A stretch of 64,000 nucleotides of DNA from an uncultured Planctomycetia bacterium (GCA_964527765.1 CAZGQR010000003.1:6156-70155); one strand, 5' to 3'; positions 30,253-41,236 are shown, numbered from the stretch's first letter. Made by a program: numbers and translations. The notes: generated by a model not told the origin, from the sequence alone.

Positions 30253-30344
30253 ACCTTCCTCTTCTTGTGTCGGTCTCTTCGCATTCGTTTTTTGCGCTTG
30301 TGTCGTTTGACCTTTTTTATCTTCCTTTTCCTCCCGCAGGGCAT
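30249..30344 (-). CDS. Small basic protein, ribosomal bS22/mS38 (AURKAIP1/COX24)-like, 31 aa
   Basis: Translated by hand: MPCGRKRKIKKVKRHKRKKRMRRDRHKKRKV*. Strong SD AAGGAGGT upstream; the stop overlaps the TPR GTG (GTGA). Below the ORF-track length cutoff. Confidence 0.85.
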   Translation of the reverse strand: MPCGRKRKIKKVKRHKRKKRMRRDRHKKRKV

Positions 30345-30416
30345 ACTGCTCTGTCACCTCCTTTTCTGTCTGTCGGTAGATCAGCCGGTAAAAACTGGTC
30401 ATCCAAACTAAAATTC

Positions 30417-31295
30417 CTAATAGATCACTTTGTTCAGCGGGTACTCTATAAATCCTTCCGCTCCCGCCTTTCTGAGTTCCGGGATAAGCTTTTTAACGTC
30501 CTCTTCGTCGATCACCGTATCTATGTCCACCCACTTCTCGTCGGAAAGCGGCGAAATGGTGGGATTTTTCATCGACGGCAGGACCTTCAATATCTTGTCC
30601 ACATCCTTCTTCCTGGCGTTCATCTTGAGCCCGACTTTTCCTTCCGCGAGTATGGCTCCCTTAAGAAGCAGCACTATCCGCCCTATTTTTTCCTTTTTCC
30701 ACGGATCCTTCCAGGCGCCCTTGTTGACGATGAACTGAGTGGTAGATTCGCATACGGTATCGATTATCTTCAGGTCATTTGCCCTGAGGCTGCTTCCGGT
30801 TTCGGTGACCTCCACTATGGCGTCGATGCCCATCTTGGGTTTTACCTCGGTCGCTCCCCAGCTGAATTCAACCTGCGCTTTTACCCCGTTATCGCGAAGA
30901 TAGCCGGTAGTGACTTTTACCAGTTCCGTCGCTATTTTTTTGCCTTCAAGGTCTTTTACTTTCTTGACGCGGGAGTTTTCCGGGACCGCCAGTACCCATC
31001 TTACCGGTTTCATGCTTTGCTTGGCGTAGACAAGCTCAGCTACCCGTTCCACGTCGGATGAATTTTCCTTTATCCAGTCATCCCCGGTTATCCCGCAGTC
31101 GATTATGCCGTCTTCGACATACCGGGACATTTCCTGGGCGCGGAACAGCACGGCTTCTATCTCCTCATCATCCACGTCGGGGAAATACGATCTTTCGGAA
31201 ACCCTTATCCTGTAGCCCGCCTTCTCGAACAGCCTTAAGGTAGTCTCCTGCAGGCTCCCTTTCGGAATGCCCAGTCTTAATTTTTTCTCGCCCAT
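30417..31295 (-). CDS. hisG: ATP phosphoribosyltransferase (long form)
   Basis: [43 protein letters not shown]; ATG 31295. Confidence 0.96.
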   Translation of the reverse strand: MGEKKLRLGIPKGSLQETTLRLFEKAGYRIRVSERSYFPDVDDEEIEAVLFRAQEMSRYVEDGIIDCGITGDDWIKENSSDVERVAELVYAKQSMKPVRWVLAVPENSRVKKVKDLEGKKIATELVKVTTGYLRDNGVKAQVEFSWGATEVKPKMGIDAIVEVTETGSSLRANDLKIIDTVCESTTQFIVNKGAWKDPWKKEKIGRIVLLLKGAILAEGKVGLKMNARKKDVDKILKVLPSMKNPTISPLSDEKWVDIDTVIDEEDVKKLIPELRKAGAEGFIEYPLNKVIY

Positions 31296-31464
31296 CTCTG
31301 CCTCTTTTCCTCTTCCAAAGAAATAAGAAGATAAGATAAAAAGAAAACAAACCCTACCATATCCCCCGGGCAAGCGTCCCGCTCCCAGCGGCGAACGTCC
31401 CCCCGGGGCACATTACCCCGTACATTAAAGTATAATCTCTATAATAAATAAAATTTTCGTGTCA

Positions 31465-31493
31465 ATTGTATATCAATATTATGGGATAGTCAA
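31465..31493 (-). promoter_or_regulatory. Sigma70 promoter upstream of the hisG operon
   Basis: TTGACT(31493-31488)-17-TACAAT(31470-31465). Confidence 0.65.
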
Positions 31494-31548
31494 GGAATAT
31501 GAAAATCCGGGCGGGGATCCGCAAGTCAGGCAGGCTGTTTTTCGCGGA

Positions 31549-32577
31549 TCATAAGGGTCCGTGCGGTTCGATGATCACCTTGATGGACTCGTCGGCCGCG
31601 GCGACGAGCTGAAAGCCCCGGCCGGTCTCCGCCAAGGGCAACCTGTGCGTAACCATCTCGCGCACAGGCACACGACCGGTGCGGATCAGTTCGATCGCCT
31701 CGACGGCATCCGACGGACTGTTGCCGTATGACGGCATCAGCTTGATCCCGTTGCGCCAGAATTCGTTAAGCGGCACGGAAAGCTCAATGCCCGGCTCCGT
31801 CGGCGCGAAGAAAAGGACCGTTCCCCCGCGGTCCACGGACCGCAGTGCCTGGTTGAACGCGGGCAAAGCCCCGGTGCACACGATCACCAGGTCAACGAGC
31901 CTTTTATCGGCCCGGAGCAGCCGGGCGGGGATATCTTCGCGGGCGCTCAGCACTTCATCCGCTCCGAACCGCCGCGCCATTTTCATGCGATACTCATTGA
32001 TATCCGTCATGATTATCTTGCCGGCCCCAAGGGTCCGGGCCAGTAGCAGATGAAGCAGCCCCGAGATCCCGCTACCGAGTATGAGCACGCTCTGGCCGGG
32101 CTGCAGGTTCGCTATTCTTTGCGCGCGGCATACGCAGGCCAGCGGTTCAATGAACACCCCGTCCTCGAAGGAGACCTCGTCGGGCAGCAGAAACGTCCCG
32201 CGGTCCACGTTGATCCGCGGCACCCGTATATATTCGGCGAACCCGCCGGGATCATAATTGGTGTTATGCAGGGTCTCGCAAACGGTATGATGTCCGCTCA
32301 AACAGTAATGACAGGTGTTGCAGGGTACGTGGTGGGAAACAAAGACCCTGTCGCCGGCCTTGTAGCGCTTTACGCCTTCGGCTGTCTTGACGATCTCGCC
32401 GGCGATCTCATGCCCCAGCACCAGGGGGGCTTTCTTAGCGCGGTACCATTCCATTACGTCGCTGCCGCAGATGCCGCTGGTCATGACTTTCACCAGCAAT
32501 TCCCCGGGGCCGATCCCGGGCACCGGCATCTCTTCCAGCCGCACATCGTCGTTCTTGTAGTACATCGCTACTTTCAA
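31549..32577 (-). CDS. Zinc-dependent MDR alcohol/polyol dehydrogenase
   Basis: GICGSD, LGHEIAG, CNTCHYC...C, GSGISG; likely TTG start at 32577 with SD AAGGGG. Confidence 0.92.
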   Translation of the reverse strand: MKVAMYYKNDDVRLEEMPVPGIGPGELLVKVMTSGICGSDVMEWYRAKKAPLVLGHEIAGEIVKTAEGVKRYKAGDRVFVSHHVPCNTCHYCLSGHHTVCETLHNTNYDPGGFAEYIRVPRINVDRGTFLLPDEVSFEDGVFIEPLACVCRAQRIANLQPGQSVLILGSGISGLLHLLLARTLGAGKIIMTDINEYRMKMARRFGADEVLSAREDIPARLLRADKRLVDLVIVCTGALPAFNQALRSVDRGGTVLFFAPTEPGIELSVPLNEFWRNGIKLMPSYGNSPSDAVEAIELIRTGRVPVREMVTHRLPLAETGRGFQLVAAADESIKVIIEPHGPL

Positions 32578-32626
32578 AAATGTCCCCTTTTTTGCGCCTC
32601 CCGAGCGATTCCGCGTGTCTTGCGGA

Positions 32627-33421
32627 TCATCCGCTGTTCCTGGCCTCATTGAATATCTCGTGGGCCGTTTCAGCGGTGGCGTTCTCATGGACAACGGCCC
32701 GCAGGGCCTTGGCCATGGCCACGGGATGCGCGTTCTGCCAGACGTTCCTTCCCAGATTTATGCCGATAGCTCCCTTCTGCATGCCGTCATGGACGAATTC
32801 CAGCACTTCAAGCTCTGTCTTGCATTTCGGCCCGCCCGCTATGACCACCGGAACCGGACAGCCCTCCACGACCTTATCGAAATCCTTTTCGCACCAATAG
32901 GTCTTCACCACCCGCGCCCCCAGCTCCGCGGCAATGCGGCAGCTTAAAGCAAGATAACGGGCTTCCCGTTTTTCCGTTTCCTTGCCAACAGCCGTGACGG
33001 CCATCACGGGAATGCCGTAATTCTCGCACTCGTTAACGAGTCCGGCAAGATTCAGCAGTGTCTGGCGCTCATGATCGCTCCCGACAAAAACAGAAACGCC
33101 TACAGCGGCCACGTTGAGGCGGATGATCTCCTCGATAGAAGTGGTTACGCCTTCATCCGCCAGGTCCTTCCCGGCCATGCTGGTACCGCCGGATACCCTG
33201 AGAATAACGGGTTTAGCGCCCGCCGGGTCCACGGATGCGCGCAATACCCCCCTTGTGACAAAAAGAGCGTCACAAAAGGGAAGAAGCGGTTCGATGGTCC
33301 GGCCCGGTTTTTCCAAACGCGTGGTAGGTCCCTGGAAATATCCGTGATCTATGGGCAGAAAGAAACAATGACCGTCCGGTTGGATAAGCTGATTCAGCCG
33401 GTTTTGCATTCCCCAATCCAT
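32627..33421 (-). CDS. lsrF: LsrF-like class I aldolase/thiolase (DhnA family)
   Basis: MDWGMQNRL, DHGYFQGP, RIAAELGARVVKTY, PVVIAGGPK, GRNVWQ. Confidence 0.85.
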   Translation of the reverse strand: MDWGMQNRLNQLIQPDGHCFFLPIDHGYFQGPTTRLEKPGRTIEPLLPFCDALFVTRGVLRASVDPAGAKPVILRVSGGTSMAGKDLADEGVTTSIEEIIRLNVAAVGVSVFVGSDHERQTLLNLAGLVNECENYGIPVMAVTAVGKETEKREARYLALSCRIAAELGARVVKTYWCEKDFDKVVEGCPVPVVIAGGPKCKTELEVLEFVHDGMQKGAIGINLGRNVWQNAHPVAMAKALRAVVHENATAETAHEIFNEARNSG

Positions 33422-33480
33422 TTTTCATGCCTCCTTGTGTTATGTTAACAGGTCAGATTAACAGCCTGCAATATCAGGTT

Positions 33481-33509
33481 AGTCTAACACAGGCCATATA
33501 CAGAGTCAA
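33481..33509 (-). promoter_or_regulatory. Sigma70 promoter for lsrF-dehydrogenase
   Basis: TTGACT(33509-33504)-17-TAGACT(33486-33481) with TG extension. Confidence 0.55.
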
Positions 33510-33511
33510 CA

Positions 33512-33655
33512 TTTGTACCGTTTGCGATTTCAAGCTTCAAAGTGTCCCCTAAATCGAAGCTTGAAAGTGTCCCCTTCCCCTCGGAGAGAAGGGGGGACAC
33601 TTTGATAGCACAAAAATGGGGACACTTTGATAGCTAATTTCGCAAACGGTACAAA
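33512..33655. repeat. Nested palindromic element A (144 bp)
   Basis: Perfect 16-bp terminal IR TTTGTACCGTTTGCGA/TCGCAAACGGTACAAA. Inside: AAGCTTSAAAGTGTCCCCT x2 (33532, 33557) facing GGGGACACTTTGATAGC x2 (33593, 33618); 25-bp period. Confidence 0.9.
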
Positions 33656-33776
33656 GTCAGGGGGGCTTTCGGTGTCAATAAAAACCCTTGTTTATGATCG
33701 GAATTTCCTTATAATATATAGCTTGCGTGGCGTAAAACGAGCGTTTGACAAGTACAGACCAGGGAGATGATGCGCA

Positions 33777-35234
33777 ATGGTATTAAAAATACTTCGGAGC
33801 AGGAAATTCGCCAAAAGGGTGCTGTTGGGTCTGCTTATTCTCATTATCCCGGCCTTTATCCTCTGGGGGGCCGGCAGCGTCACAAAAGGCCCGGGACTGA
33901 TAGGCAAGATCGGCAAGCAAAAAATATATCTTAACGATTTTGCGAAAAGCAGACAGGGGATAAAGGTCCAGGTGCTCTTTACGTACTATGGGGACCTGAA
34001 CACCTTGAACCAGATACTGCAAAACCGCCCCATGATCAATTTCATGGCATGGGAAAGGCTTGTCCTCCTTAATGAAGCCAGGAGCAGAAAGATAAAGGTC
34101 GCCAATGATGATGTCCTGTCTTTTATTTCGCAGCACCCGCTGTTCCTGAGAGACGGCGCCTTTGATAAAGGGGTGTATAATTACATCCTGCGGAACAATC
34201 TTTCCGTGGGGCCGCGCCAGTTCGAAGAACTTGTAAGAGAGAACCTTCAGGTAAAACTATTGCGGCATGACCTGCTGAAAAATATAAATATCACGGAAGA
34301 AGACGTGCTGGAATATTACAGGACGATGAACGACCGGATCGAATTTTCCTACATGACGATCGATAAAGCCCCCTTTTCGGAAGACGTCACTGTATCGGAC
34401 GAGGAAGCCAGGGAATTCTACGAAGCGAACAAAGACAAGTTCTTCGAGCCCGCCAAGGTCGAGGTGGAATATATAGAGCTTTCGTACGAAAACGCTTCCG
34501 AGAAAAGCTCGGTCGCCGGCGAAATGGAAAAGATCTATCCGGAGCTCAGCAAGTTCCCGACACGATTCAGGCAGATAGCGGACGAGCACGGGATGCGCTA
34601 CGGCGACACCGGCCCCTTCTCGCGCAGGGACGCGATCCCCGGGATACCGTTCTTCAAGGACTTCCACGACATGGCTTTTGCCATGAAGGAAGGCGAAATA
34701 AGCCCTCTCGTATTCTCAGCGCCCGAAAAAGGATCGGCATACGTGCTGCGCAAAGTGCGGGATATCCCGCCCCGGCACCAGGGCTTTGAGGAACTGCGGC
34801 CGGATATCATGAAGAACCTCGCGGAAAGAAAAACCCTTCTCCTGGCCGAAAAAAAGGCGAACGAACTTCTTGCGAAAATGGCAGAAACGGGAGCGACCCT
34901 GGAAGAAACGGCAAGCGAGCTGGGGCAAGAAACGCAAAAGACCGAACCTGTCGCCTTCAGCGGGTATATTGAGAACATCGGCCCGGCGAAGGAGATCATC
35001 ATTCACGCGCATAAGACCGGACAGGGTAAGCTTATGCCTCCGGTGATCACGCAAAAGGGGGCCCTCCTCATGCGGGTAGACAATATCCTGCCGGCCGACG
35101 AGGCCGATTTTGAAGAGAATAAGGAGACTTTGCGCAGAAACCTCCTGATGCAGAAACAGGCGAACACTCTGGACAAATGGTTCAGGGAGGAAGCGCCGAA
35201 AGTAGAGTTGAAAAAAGCTCTGGAGGAACTGTAA
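33777..35234 (+). CDS. PpiD/SurA-N-domain membrane-anchored periplasmic chaperone
   Basis: N-terminal TM (LLILIIPAFILWG), SurA-N-like region (F..DGAFDKGVY), degenerate parvulin region (EGEISP). Confidence 0.8.
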   Translation: MVLKILRSRKFAKRVLLGLLILIIPAFILWGAGSVTKGPGLIGKIGKQKIYLNDFAKSRQGIKVQVLFTYYGDLNTLNQILQNRPMINFMAWERLVLLNEARSRKIKVANDDVLSFISQHPLFLRDGAFDKGVYNYILRNNLSVGPRQFEELVRENLQVKLLRHDLLKNINITEEDVLEYYRTMNDRIEFSYMTIDKAPFSEDVTVSDEEAREFYEANKDKFFEPAKVEVEYIELSYENASEKSSVAGEMEKIYPELSKFPTRFRQIADEHGMRYGDTGPFSRRDAIPGIPFFKDFHDMAFAMKEGEISPLVFSAPEKGSAYVLRKVRDIPPRHQGFEELRPDIMKNLAERKTLLLAEKKANELLAKMAETGATLEETASELGQETQKTEPVAFSGYIENIGPAKEIIIHAHKTGQGKLMPPVITQKGALLMRVDNILPADEADFEENKETLRRNLLMQKQANTLDKWFREEAPKVELKKALEEL

Positions 35235-35238
35235 GGAT

Positions 35239-35688
35239 CTATTCGAGGAATTTTTTGAGCTCTTTCATGAAGTGTGAAACATCCTTGAACCGCCGGTAGA
35301 CCGAAGCAAAACGGACATACGCGACCTCATCAAGGTCATGTAATTTTTCCATGACCATGTTCCCTATCATCGTCGACTTGATCTCGTTATCGGTTTTTTT
35401 CTGGACTTCTCTTTCGACCTCTTCGACGATACGTTCGATATCATCCATGCTGACAGGGCGTTTTTCGCACGCTTTCATGATGCCCGCCTTGATCTTTTCC
35501 CGGTCAAACCTTTTCCGCGTGCCGTCTCTTTTAACGACCATCAGCGTGGCCCTTTCCACATATTCATAGGTAGTGAACCTTTTCCCGCATTTAAGGCATT
35601 CCCGGCGCCTTCTGATGCTTACCCCTTCCCCGCTCATTCGGGAGTCTATGACCTTGTCCTCCATGTTCCTGCAGTACGGACATCTCAT
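35239..35688 (-). CDS. nrdR: Transcriptional repressor NrdR
   Basis: [27 protein letters not shown]-cone, [10 protein letters not shown]. Confidence 0.98.
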   Translation of the reverse strand: MRCPYCRNMEDKVIDSRMSGEGVSIRRRRECLKCGKRFTTYEYVERATLMVVKRDGTRKRFDREKIKAGIMKACEKRPVSMDDIERIVEEVEREVQKKTDNEIKSTMIGNMVMEKLHDLDEVAYVRFASVYRRFKDVSHFMKELKKFLE

Positions 35689-36182
35689 GGCTTCACCACC
35701 GTTATCCCGATCCCGCCTTCCCGGAGGAACTGAAGCGCGAAATCATCCGGGTAATTTCCTTCCACAACGATCTTCCTGATGCCGACATTTATGATCATCT
35801 TGGCGCATATGCTGCACGGCTGAACGGTTATGTAAAGCGTCCCCCCGTCAAGGCTCACTCCGTGCCTGGCAGCCTGGAGGAAGGCGTTCTGTTCGGCGTG
35901 AAGCGCCCTGCACAGCTCATGGCGCTGGCCCGAGGGCACAGCGAGTTTGTCCCTGAGGCACCCGACCTCGTCACAATGGGTTATGCCCGTGGGAGCGCCG
36001 TTATAGCCGGTCGCCAGTATCTGCTTATTTTTGACGACAACCGCTCCGACCTTCCTGCGCAGACAGGTCGAACGTGTCGCGACCAGTTTCGCTATGTTCA
36101 AGAAATACTCGTCCCACGAAGGGCGTTTTATCTTGGCCCTGGTTTCCTTCGCGGTCTTATTTTTGGCCGTCTTTTGCGCCAT
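35685..36182 (-). CDS. dCMP deaminase (ComEB family)
   Basis: [24 protein letters not shown]. Confidence 0.93.
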   Translation of the reverse strand: MAQKTAKNKTAKETRAKIKRPSWDEYFLNIAKLVATRSTCLRRKVGAVVVKNKQILATGYNGAPTGITHCDEVGCLRDKLAVPSGQRHELCRALHAEQNAFLQAARHGVSLDGGTLYITVQPCSICAKMIINVGIRKIVVEGNYPDDFALQFLREGGIGITVVKP

Positions 36183-37447
36183 TAGCCCAGACCCTCCATC
36201 TCGTCTATCCAGTCTTTGTACAGCGGGAACGCTTTTAAAAATTCTCTCACTTCTTCCCGGATAGCGGCGAGTTTTTTCTCATTCCCCCGCGCCTTCAGGG
36301 CGGTATCGATGAATTCCGCTACCCGGTCCATTTCCTTCTCACCCATCCCCCGTGTCGTCACGGCAGGGGTCCCCAACCGGATACCGCTGGTCACGAACGG
36401 GCTTTTTTCATCGAAGGGAATAAGATTTTTGTTGACCGTTATACCCGCCTTGTCCAGGCATATCTCCGCCTCCTTGCCGGTAATACCGTTATTCGTGAAG
36501 TCCACCAGCAGAAGATGGTTGTCCGTCCCGCCCGAAACCACCCTGTATCCCATGGAGATAAGCGCCTTGGAGATGCGTTTGGCGTTTTTGATGATATGTT
36601 CCTGGTATTTTTTGAATTCGGGCTGCAGGGCTTCGTGGAACGCCACTGCCTTGGCCGCGATGACATGCATGAGAGGCCCTCCCTGGATCCCGGGGAACAC
36701 TTCCGAGTCGATCTTTTTCGCGAACTCCTTCTTGCACATGACCATGCCGGACCTGGGCCCCCTCAGGGTCTTATGGGTCGTCGTGGTAACAAATTCCGCT
36801 ACGGGGACGGGGTCGGGATGAAGCCCGGCCGCGATGAGCCCCGCTATATGAGCTATATCGACCATAAGTATGGCGCCGACCTCGTCAGAGATCCGGCGAA
36901 ACTCGGCAAAATCTATGCTGCGCGGGTAGGCTGAAGCTCCCGCCAGTATCATCTTCGGCCGGTGTTCCAGGGCTTTCTGCCGGATCTCGTCAAAATCCAG
37001 CTTCTCCGTTTCCTTATCCACCCCGTAAAAGACCATGTTGAAGTACTTTCCCGAAAAATTCTTGCGGTGTCCGTGCGTCAGATGCCCGCCGCATGCCAGG
37101 TCCATCGCCAGAACAGTATCTCCGATATTCAACATGGCGAAATAAACGGCCATGTTCGCCTGTGACCCCGAATGGGGCTGGACGTTCACGTGTTCGGCGC
37201 CGAAAAGTTTTTTCGCCCGTTCGACCGCGATATCCTCGGCTTCATCTACATAAACACACCCGCCGTAATACCTCGCGTGGGGGTACCCTTCGGCATACTT
37301 ATTCGTCATCGACGAGGAAACCGCTTCCATTACCGAACGACTGGCAAAATTTTCGCTCGCTATAAGTTCAATGCCCTCGTTCTGTCTTTTGGTCTCGTTC
37401 AGAATGGTCTGAAATATTTTGGGGTCCGTATCTCTCAAGTACCTCAT
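36182..37447 (-). CDS. glyA: Serine hydroxymethyltransferase
   Basis: [34 protein letters not shown]. Confidence 0.98.
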   Translation of the reverse strand: MRYLRDTDPKIFQTILNETKRQNEGIELIASENFASRSVMEAVSSSMTNKYAEGYPHARYYGGCVYVDEAEDIAVERAKKLFGAEHVNVQPHSGSQANMAVYFAMLNIGDTVLAMDLACGGHLTHGHRKNFSGKYFNMVFYGVDKETEKLDFDEIRQKALEHRPKMILAGASAYPRSIDFAEFRRISDEVGAILMVDIAHIAGLIAAGLHPDPVPVAEFVTTTTHKTLRGPRSGMVMCKKEFAKKIDSEVFPGIQGGPLMHVIAAKAVAFHEALQPEFKKYQEHIIKNAKRISKALISMGYRVVSGGTDNHLLLVDFTNNGITGKEAEICLDKAGITVNKNLIPFDEKSPFVTSGIRLGTPAVTTRGMGEKEMDRVAEFIDTALKARGNEKKLAAIREEVREFLKAFPLYKDWIDEMEGLG

Positions 37448-37478
37448 CTCTTGTTTCCTTTCAGCCTCCAGTGACCCG

Positions 37479-37943
37479 CTAACGACGTTTCTTGAAGACT
37501 TTCCTTTCCAGTTCCGCGATCTGCCTGACGCGCCTGGCGTGCCGCCCTCCGGTCGCTTTTGTCCTGAGCCAGGCCCTTACGATACCCAGGGCTTTCTTGC
37601 TGCTGGTCTTCGTCGCCGCCAGCACCAGCACGTTGGTATCGTTGTGTTTGCGCGCGGATACTGCGTCGGGGGCGGAATCGCATACCCCGGCCCTCACGCC
37701 GGGATACTTGTTGGCGATGATCGCCATGCCTATGCCGGTCTTGCAGATGGCGATCCCCCTTTCCGCTTTGCCGTCGGACACCCTTCCGGCCACATCAAAA
37801 CCGAAACGGGGATAATCGCACGACTCGGCGGAATCGGTTCCCACGTCTTCAACGCGATAACGCGCTTTTTTCAGCGCGGCCTTGATCTTTTCCTTGAGCA
37901 AAAATCCCCCGTGGTCAGCCCCGATCACTATTTTTCTAGCCAT
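37479..37943 (-). CDS. rpiB: Ribose-5-phosphate isomerase B
   Basis: GADHGG, DYP, CKTGIG, HNDTNVL, GGRHARR. Confidence 0.95.
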   Translation of the reverse strand: MARKIVIGADHGGFLLKEKIKAALKKARYRVEDVGTDSAESCDYPRFGFDVAGRVSDGKAERGIAICKTGIGMAIIANKYPGVRAGVCDSAPDAVSARKHNDTNVLVLAATKTSSKKALGIVRAWLRTKATGGRHARRVRQIAELERKVFKKRR

Positions 37944-38386
37944 CTTATAAATCCTTCTATTGACTCTTTTATAACGCGAAAGGACTCCCTGTAAAAGGCC
38001 AGCGGCTGTCCTATCGGGTCAGGTATGACAACATCTTCTTCTTTGTTGAATTCTCCGAGATAATGGATCTTCTCTTTTGCTTCCGGCGCCATGACCAGGA
38101 CCTTTACCCTGTGATCCGGTTCCATGATCAGTATAACATCGGCCCATTTGATGTAATCCTCTGTCAGTTCCTTTGACTCATAACCTTCGGGGTCGATCCC
38201 GTCGGCCGCAAGAACCTTGAGGGTTTCCTGGGTGGGGGTCAGCCCGTTCACGCCCAGCGTGCCGGCAGATCTCACGTCTATAAAAAGGCCTTCCTGCTCC
38301 AGGCGCTTCTTGAGATACGCTTCAGCCATTATACTGCGGCAGCTGTTTCCGGTACACACAAAAAGCACTTTTTTTATATTTCTCAT
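37928..38386 (-). CDS. Low-molecular-weight protein Tyr/Arg phosphatase (YwlE-like)
   Basis: [16 protein letters not shown]; ywlE-rpiB-glyA synteny. Confidence 0.92.
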   Translation of the reverse strand: MRNIKKVLFVCTGNSCRSIMAEAYLKKRLEQEGLFIDVRSAGTLGVNGLTPTQETLKVLAADGIDPEGYESKELTEDYIKWADVILIMEPDHRVKVLVMAPEAKEKIHYLGEFNKEEDVVIPDPIGQPLAFYRESFRVIKESIEGFIRWLEK

Positions 38387-38398
38387 GATCGCGGATAT

Positions 38399-38896
38399 TT
38401 ACCTTTTCTTTATCTTCCGGTTCTTCGCATCGATCTTCCGGACGAGCTCCTTTTTATGCGCCTGCAGTTTCTTTTCGATCGATCCGGAACTTACGCCGAT
38501 TATCTCTGCGGCAAGTATCGCGGCGTTGACGGCTCCCGCCTTCCCTATGGAAACTGTCGCCACGGGAACGCCTGACGGCATCTGGACCGTCGAGAGGAGC
38601 GAATCTATCCCGTCCAGCTTGGTCTCCATGGGGACGCCTATGACCGGTAATGTGGTATGCGCCGCTATTACGCCCGCCAGGTGAGCCGCGCCCCCGGCGC
38701 CGGCTATAATGACCTTTACTCCTCTTTTTCTCGCCGTTTTCGCGAAATCAGAGGTCTTGTCCGGCGAACGATGCGCGGAAAAGATCTTTACTTCGTAGGG
38801 TATGCCGAACTTCTCCAGCGTGGCGCCGGTTTCAGCCATGACCGGCATATCCGAATCGCTTCCCATGACTATGCTCACCGCGGTTTTCTTCTTCAT
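38399..38896 (-). CDS. purE: N5-CAIR mutase
   Basis: [30 protein letters not shown]. Confidence 0.98.
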   Translation of the reverse strand: MKKKTAVSIVMGSDSDMPVMAETGATLEKFGIPYEVKIFSAHRSPDKTSDFAKTARKRGVKVIIAGAGGAAHLAGVIAAHTTLPVIGVPMETKLDGIDSLLSTVQMPSGVPVATVSIGKAGAVNAAILAAEIIGVSSGSIEKKLQAHKKELVRKIDAKNRKIKKR

Positions 38897-40182
38897 ATTC
38901 CAGACTCCTCTGTTACGCGGGCTATGGCCCGGTATCCTATGTCCTTTCTATAATGCATCCCGTCAAAATGTATCTTGCCGACAGCTTTGTATGTATTCGC
39001 TACCGCTTCCTTGATCCCGTCTCCCATGCCTGCCACATTAAGCACCCTTCCGCCTGACGTGACCAGATCCCCGTCTTCAAGGCGCGTCCCCGCATGAAAG
39101 ACAAGAGCTCCTTCAGCGGCCGCTTCCTCCAGGCCCGTTATGCGTTTACCTTTCTCGTAACCGCCGGGGTAACCCCCGGAGGCAAGCACGACGCATACGC
39201 ATTCCCGCTCGTCCCATTCTATCCCCGCACCGGAAAGGTCGCCGCTGGCTGTCCGCATCAAGAGTCCCGCCAGGTCCGACTTCATGCGGGGAAGTATGAC
39301 CTGGGTCTCGGGATCTCCGAAACGCACATTGTATTCAAGCGCCTTGGGACCGGAATCCGTGATCATGATACCGGCGTAAAGAACCCCTTTATAAATGATC
39401 CCTTCATTCCGCATTCCGTCAACGGTGGGACGGATGATCGTCTCCATGACCTCGTTAAAAAGCTCATTATTTACTGCCGGTGCAGGGGAATATGCTCCCA
39501 TTCCACCGGTATTGGGACCCTTGTCACCGTCGTAAACGCGCTTGTGATCCTGGCTGCTGGCCAGGGGTATGATATTGGTCCCGTCCGTTATCACCAGGAT
39601 AGAAGCTTCTTCGCCTGTGAGACACTCTTCTACTATGATCTTTTGTCCGGCAGATCCGAATTCCCCTTTGACAAGCATTGCCCGGGCGGCGTTGACGGCT
39701 TCTTCGACATCTTCCGTGACTATGACTCCCTTGCCCGCCGCCAGGCCGTATGCCTTGATAACTATGGGGGCGCCTTCGGAGCGTATATGATCTTCCGCCT
39801 TTTTGAAATCGTCGAATATCCGAAAAGACGCTGTCGGCACATTGTACCTGCCCATCAGCTCCTTTGCGAATATCTTGCTGGATTCTATGCGGCTGGCAGC
39901 GTAAGAGGGTCCAAAAACACTTATGCCGGCGCCTTCCAGGTCATCCGCTATCCCCACGGCCAGCGGGGCTTCGGGCCCGACAATGACCAGATCTATGTTC
40001 TTCTCCTTGCAAAAATCGATCACTTCCTGGTGTTCGGAAACGGACAGGTCCACATTGACGGCATCCGCGAGCGTCCCGCCGTTGCCGGGAGCGCAATACA
40101 GGCCCTTTACATCCGGACTCTGTTTCAGCTTCCAGCACAGTGTATGCTCGCGCCCCCCGGAGCCGATCACCAGTATGTTCAT
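38893..40182 (-). CDS. purD: Phosphoribosylamine-glycine ligase
   Basis: [36 protein letters not shown]. Confidence 0.98.
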   Translation of the reverse strand: MNILVIGSGGREHTLCWKLKQSPDVKGLYCAPGNGGTLADAVNVDLSVSEHQEVIDFCKEKNIDLVIVGPEAPLAVGIADDLEGAGISVFGPSYAASRIESSKIFAKELMGRYNVPTASFRIFDDFKKAEDHIRSEGAPIVIKAYGLAAGKGVIVTEDVEEAVNAARAMLVKGEFGSAGQKIIVEECLTGEEASILVITDGTNIIPLASSQDHKRVYDGDKGPNTGGMGAYSPAPAVNNELFNEVMETIIRPTVDGMRNEGIIYKGVLYAGIMITDSGPKALEYNVRFGDPETQVILPRMKSDLAGLLMRTASGDLSGAGIEWDERECVCVVLASGGYPGGYEKGKRITGLEEAAAEGALVFHAGTRLEDGDLVTSGGRVLNVAGMGDGIKEAVANTYKAVGKIHFDGMHYRKDIGYRAIARVTEESGI

Positions 40183-40228
40183 AAAACCGAGGCCTCTGAT
40201 TCTGTCCCGCGCATCGAGCGCTGCGTGA

Positions 40229-41233
40229 TCATATGATCTCTACGCCTTTTCGCCCTTTGACGATTTTTCCTATTATCCAGCTTTTCAGCCTGAATTGTTT
40301 CTCAAGGCATTTTCCGGCCTTTTCCGCGTCTTTCGCCGAAAGGACCAGCGTCATGCCTATACCCATGTTGAACGTCCGGTAAAGCTCTTTTTCTTCCATG
40401 TCCGCTTTTTTGGATATGAGCCCGAAAACCTTCGGAACACGCCAGCTGCCTTTGTGGACAACCGCTTTCACGCCTTTCGGCAGCATCCTTGGTATGTTAT
40501 CGTAAAACCCGCCGCCTGTGATGTTCGCGACGCCTTTTATCTTTACCGAACGGGCTACCTCAAGAAACGGTTTCGCATAGATAAGAGTGGGCTTCAGAAA
40601 AAGCCTGTGATCCTTCTCCAGCTGCGACCTGGTAAACAGCTTCCTCACGAGCGAATACCCGTTAGAGTGGAGGCCGTTAGAAGCCATCCCGAGCAGAACG
40701 TCGCCGGGTCTGATCTTCTTCCCGTCAATAACTTTTTTCCTGTCCACCACGCCGACGGTAAAGCCGGCCAGGTCATATTCTCCTTCCGGATACATCCCGG
40801 GCATTTCCGCGGTCTCTCCCCCTAAAAGCGCGCATCCGGCATCGCGGCACCCCTTGATGATGCCTTTCAGGACATCGCTCCATGTTTTCCCGTCGAGTTT
40901 ACCGGTAGCGAAATAATCGAGGAAAAAGACGGGTTTCGCCCCGGAACAAAGCACATCGTTCACGCACATAGCCACCAGGTCTATGCCCACTGTGTCGTGT
41001 TTGCCCACGAACTGCGCGATCTTAAGTTTTGTCCCGACACCGTCGGTAGAAGCAACAAGAAGAGGGTCCTTGACGCCGGAGGGTGCGAGATCAAAAAATC
41101 CGCCAAAACCCCCTATGGAATCCATGCTCCCCTTTACCCTGGTCGTATCGATAAGCTTCTTCACGTTTTTTATAAGCCGGTTCGCTTTATCCATATCGAC
41201 CCCGGACTGCTTGTAGGTGATTTTTTTCTTCAT
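40229..41233 (-). CDS. purM: Phosphoribosylformylglycinamidine cyclo-ligase
   Basis: TDGVGTK, DLVAMCVND, GGETAEMP, GLHSNGYSL, TFNMGIG. Confidence 0.98.
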   Translation of the reverse strand: MKKKITYKQSGVDMDKANRLIKNVKKLIDTTRVKGSMDSIGGFGGFFDLAPSGVKDPLLVASTDGVGTKLKIAQFVGKHDTVGIDLVAMCVNDVLCSGAKPVFFLDYFATGKLDGKTWSDVLKGIIKGCRDAGCALLGGETAEMPGMYPEGEYDLAGFTVGVVDRKKVIDGKKIRPGDVLLGMASNGLHSNGYSLVRKLFTRSQLEKDHRLFLKPTLIYAKPFLEVARSVKIKGVANITGGGFYDNIPRMLPKGVKAVVHKGSWRVPKVFGLISKKADMEEKELYRTFNMGIGMTLVLSAKDAEKAGKCLEKQFRLKSWIIGKIVKGRKGVEII

Positions 41234-41236
41234 GTG

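Noticed and set aside
30253-30402. N-terminal extension of the TPR ORF to 30402
   Set aside because: Better explained by the bS22-like gene in another frame; the TPR signal-like sequence begins at GTG 30252.
33512-33655. CRISPR array interpretation of the repeats here and at 42805-43019
   Set aside because: Units are short, spacers are only about 6-11 bp, orientation flips midway, and there are no cas genes.
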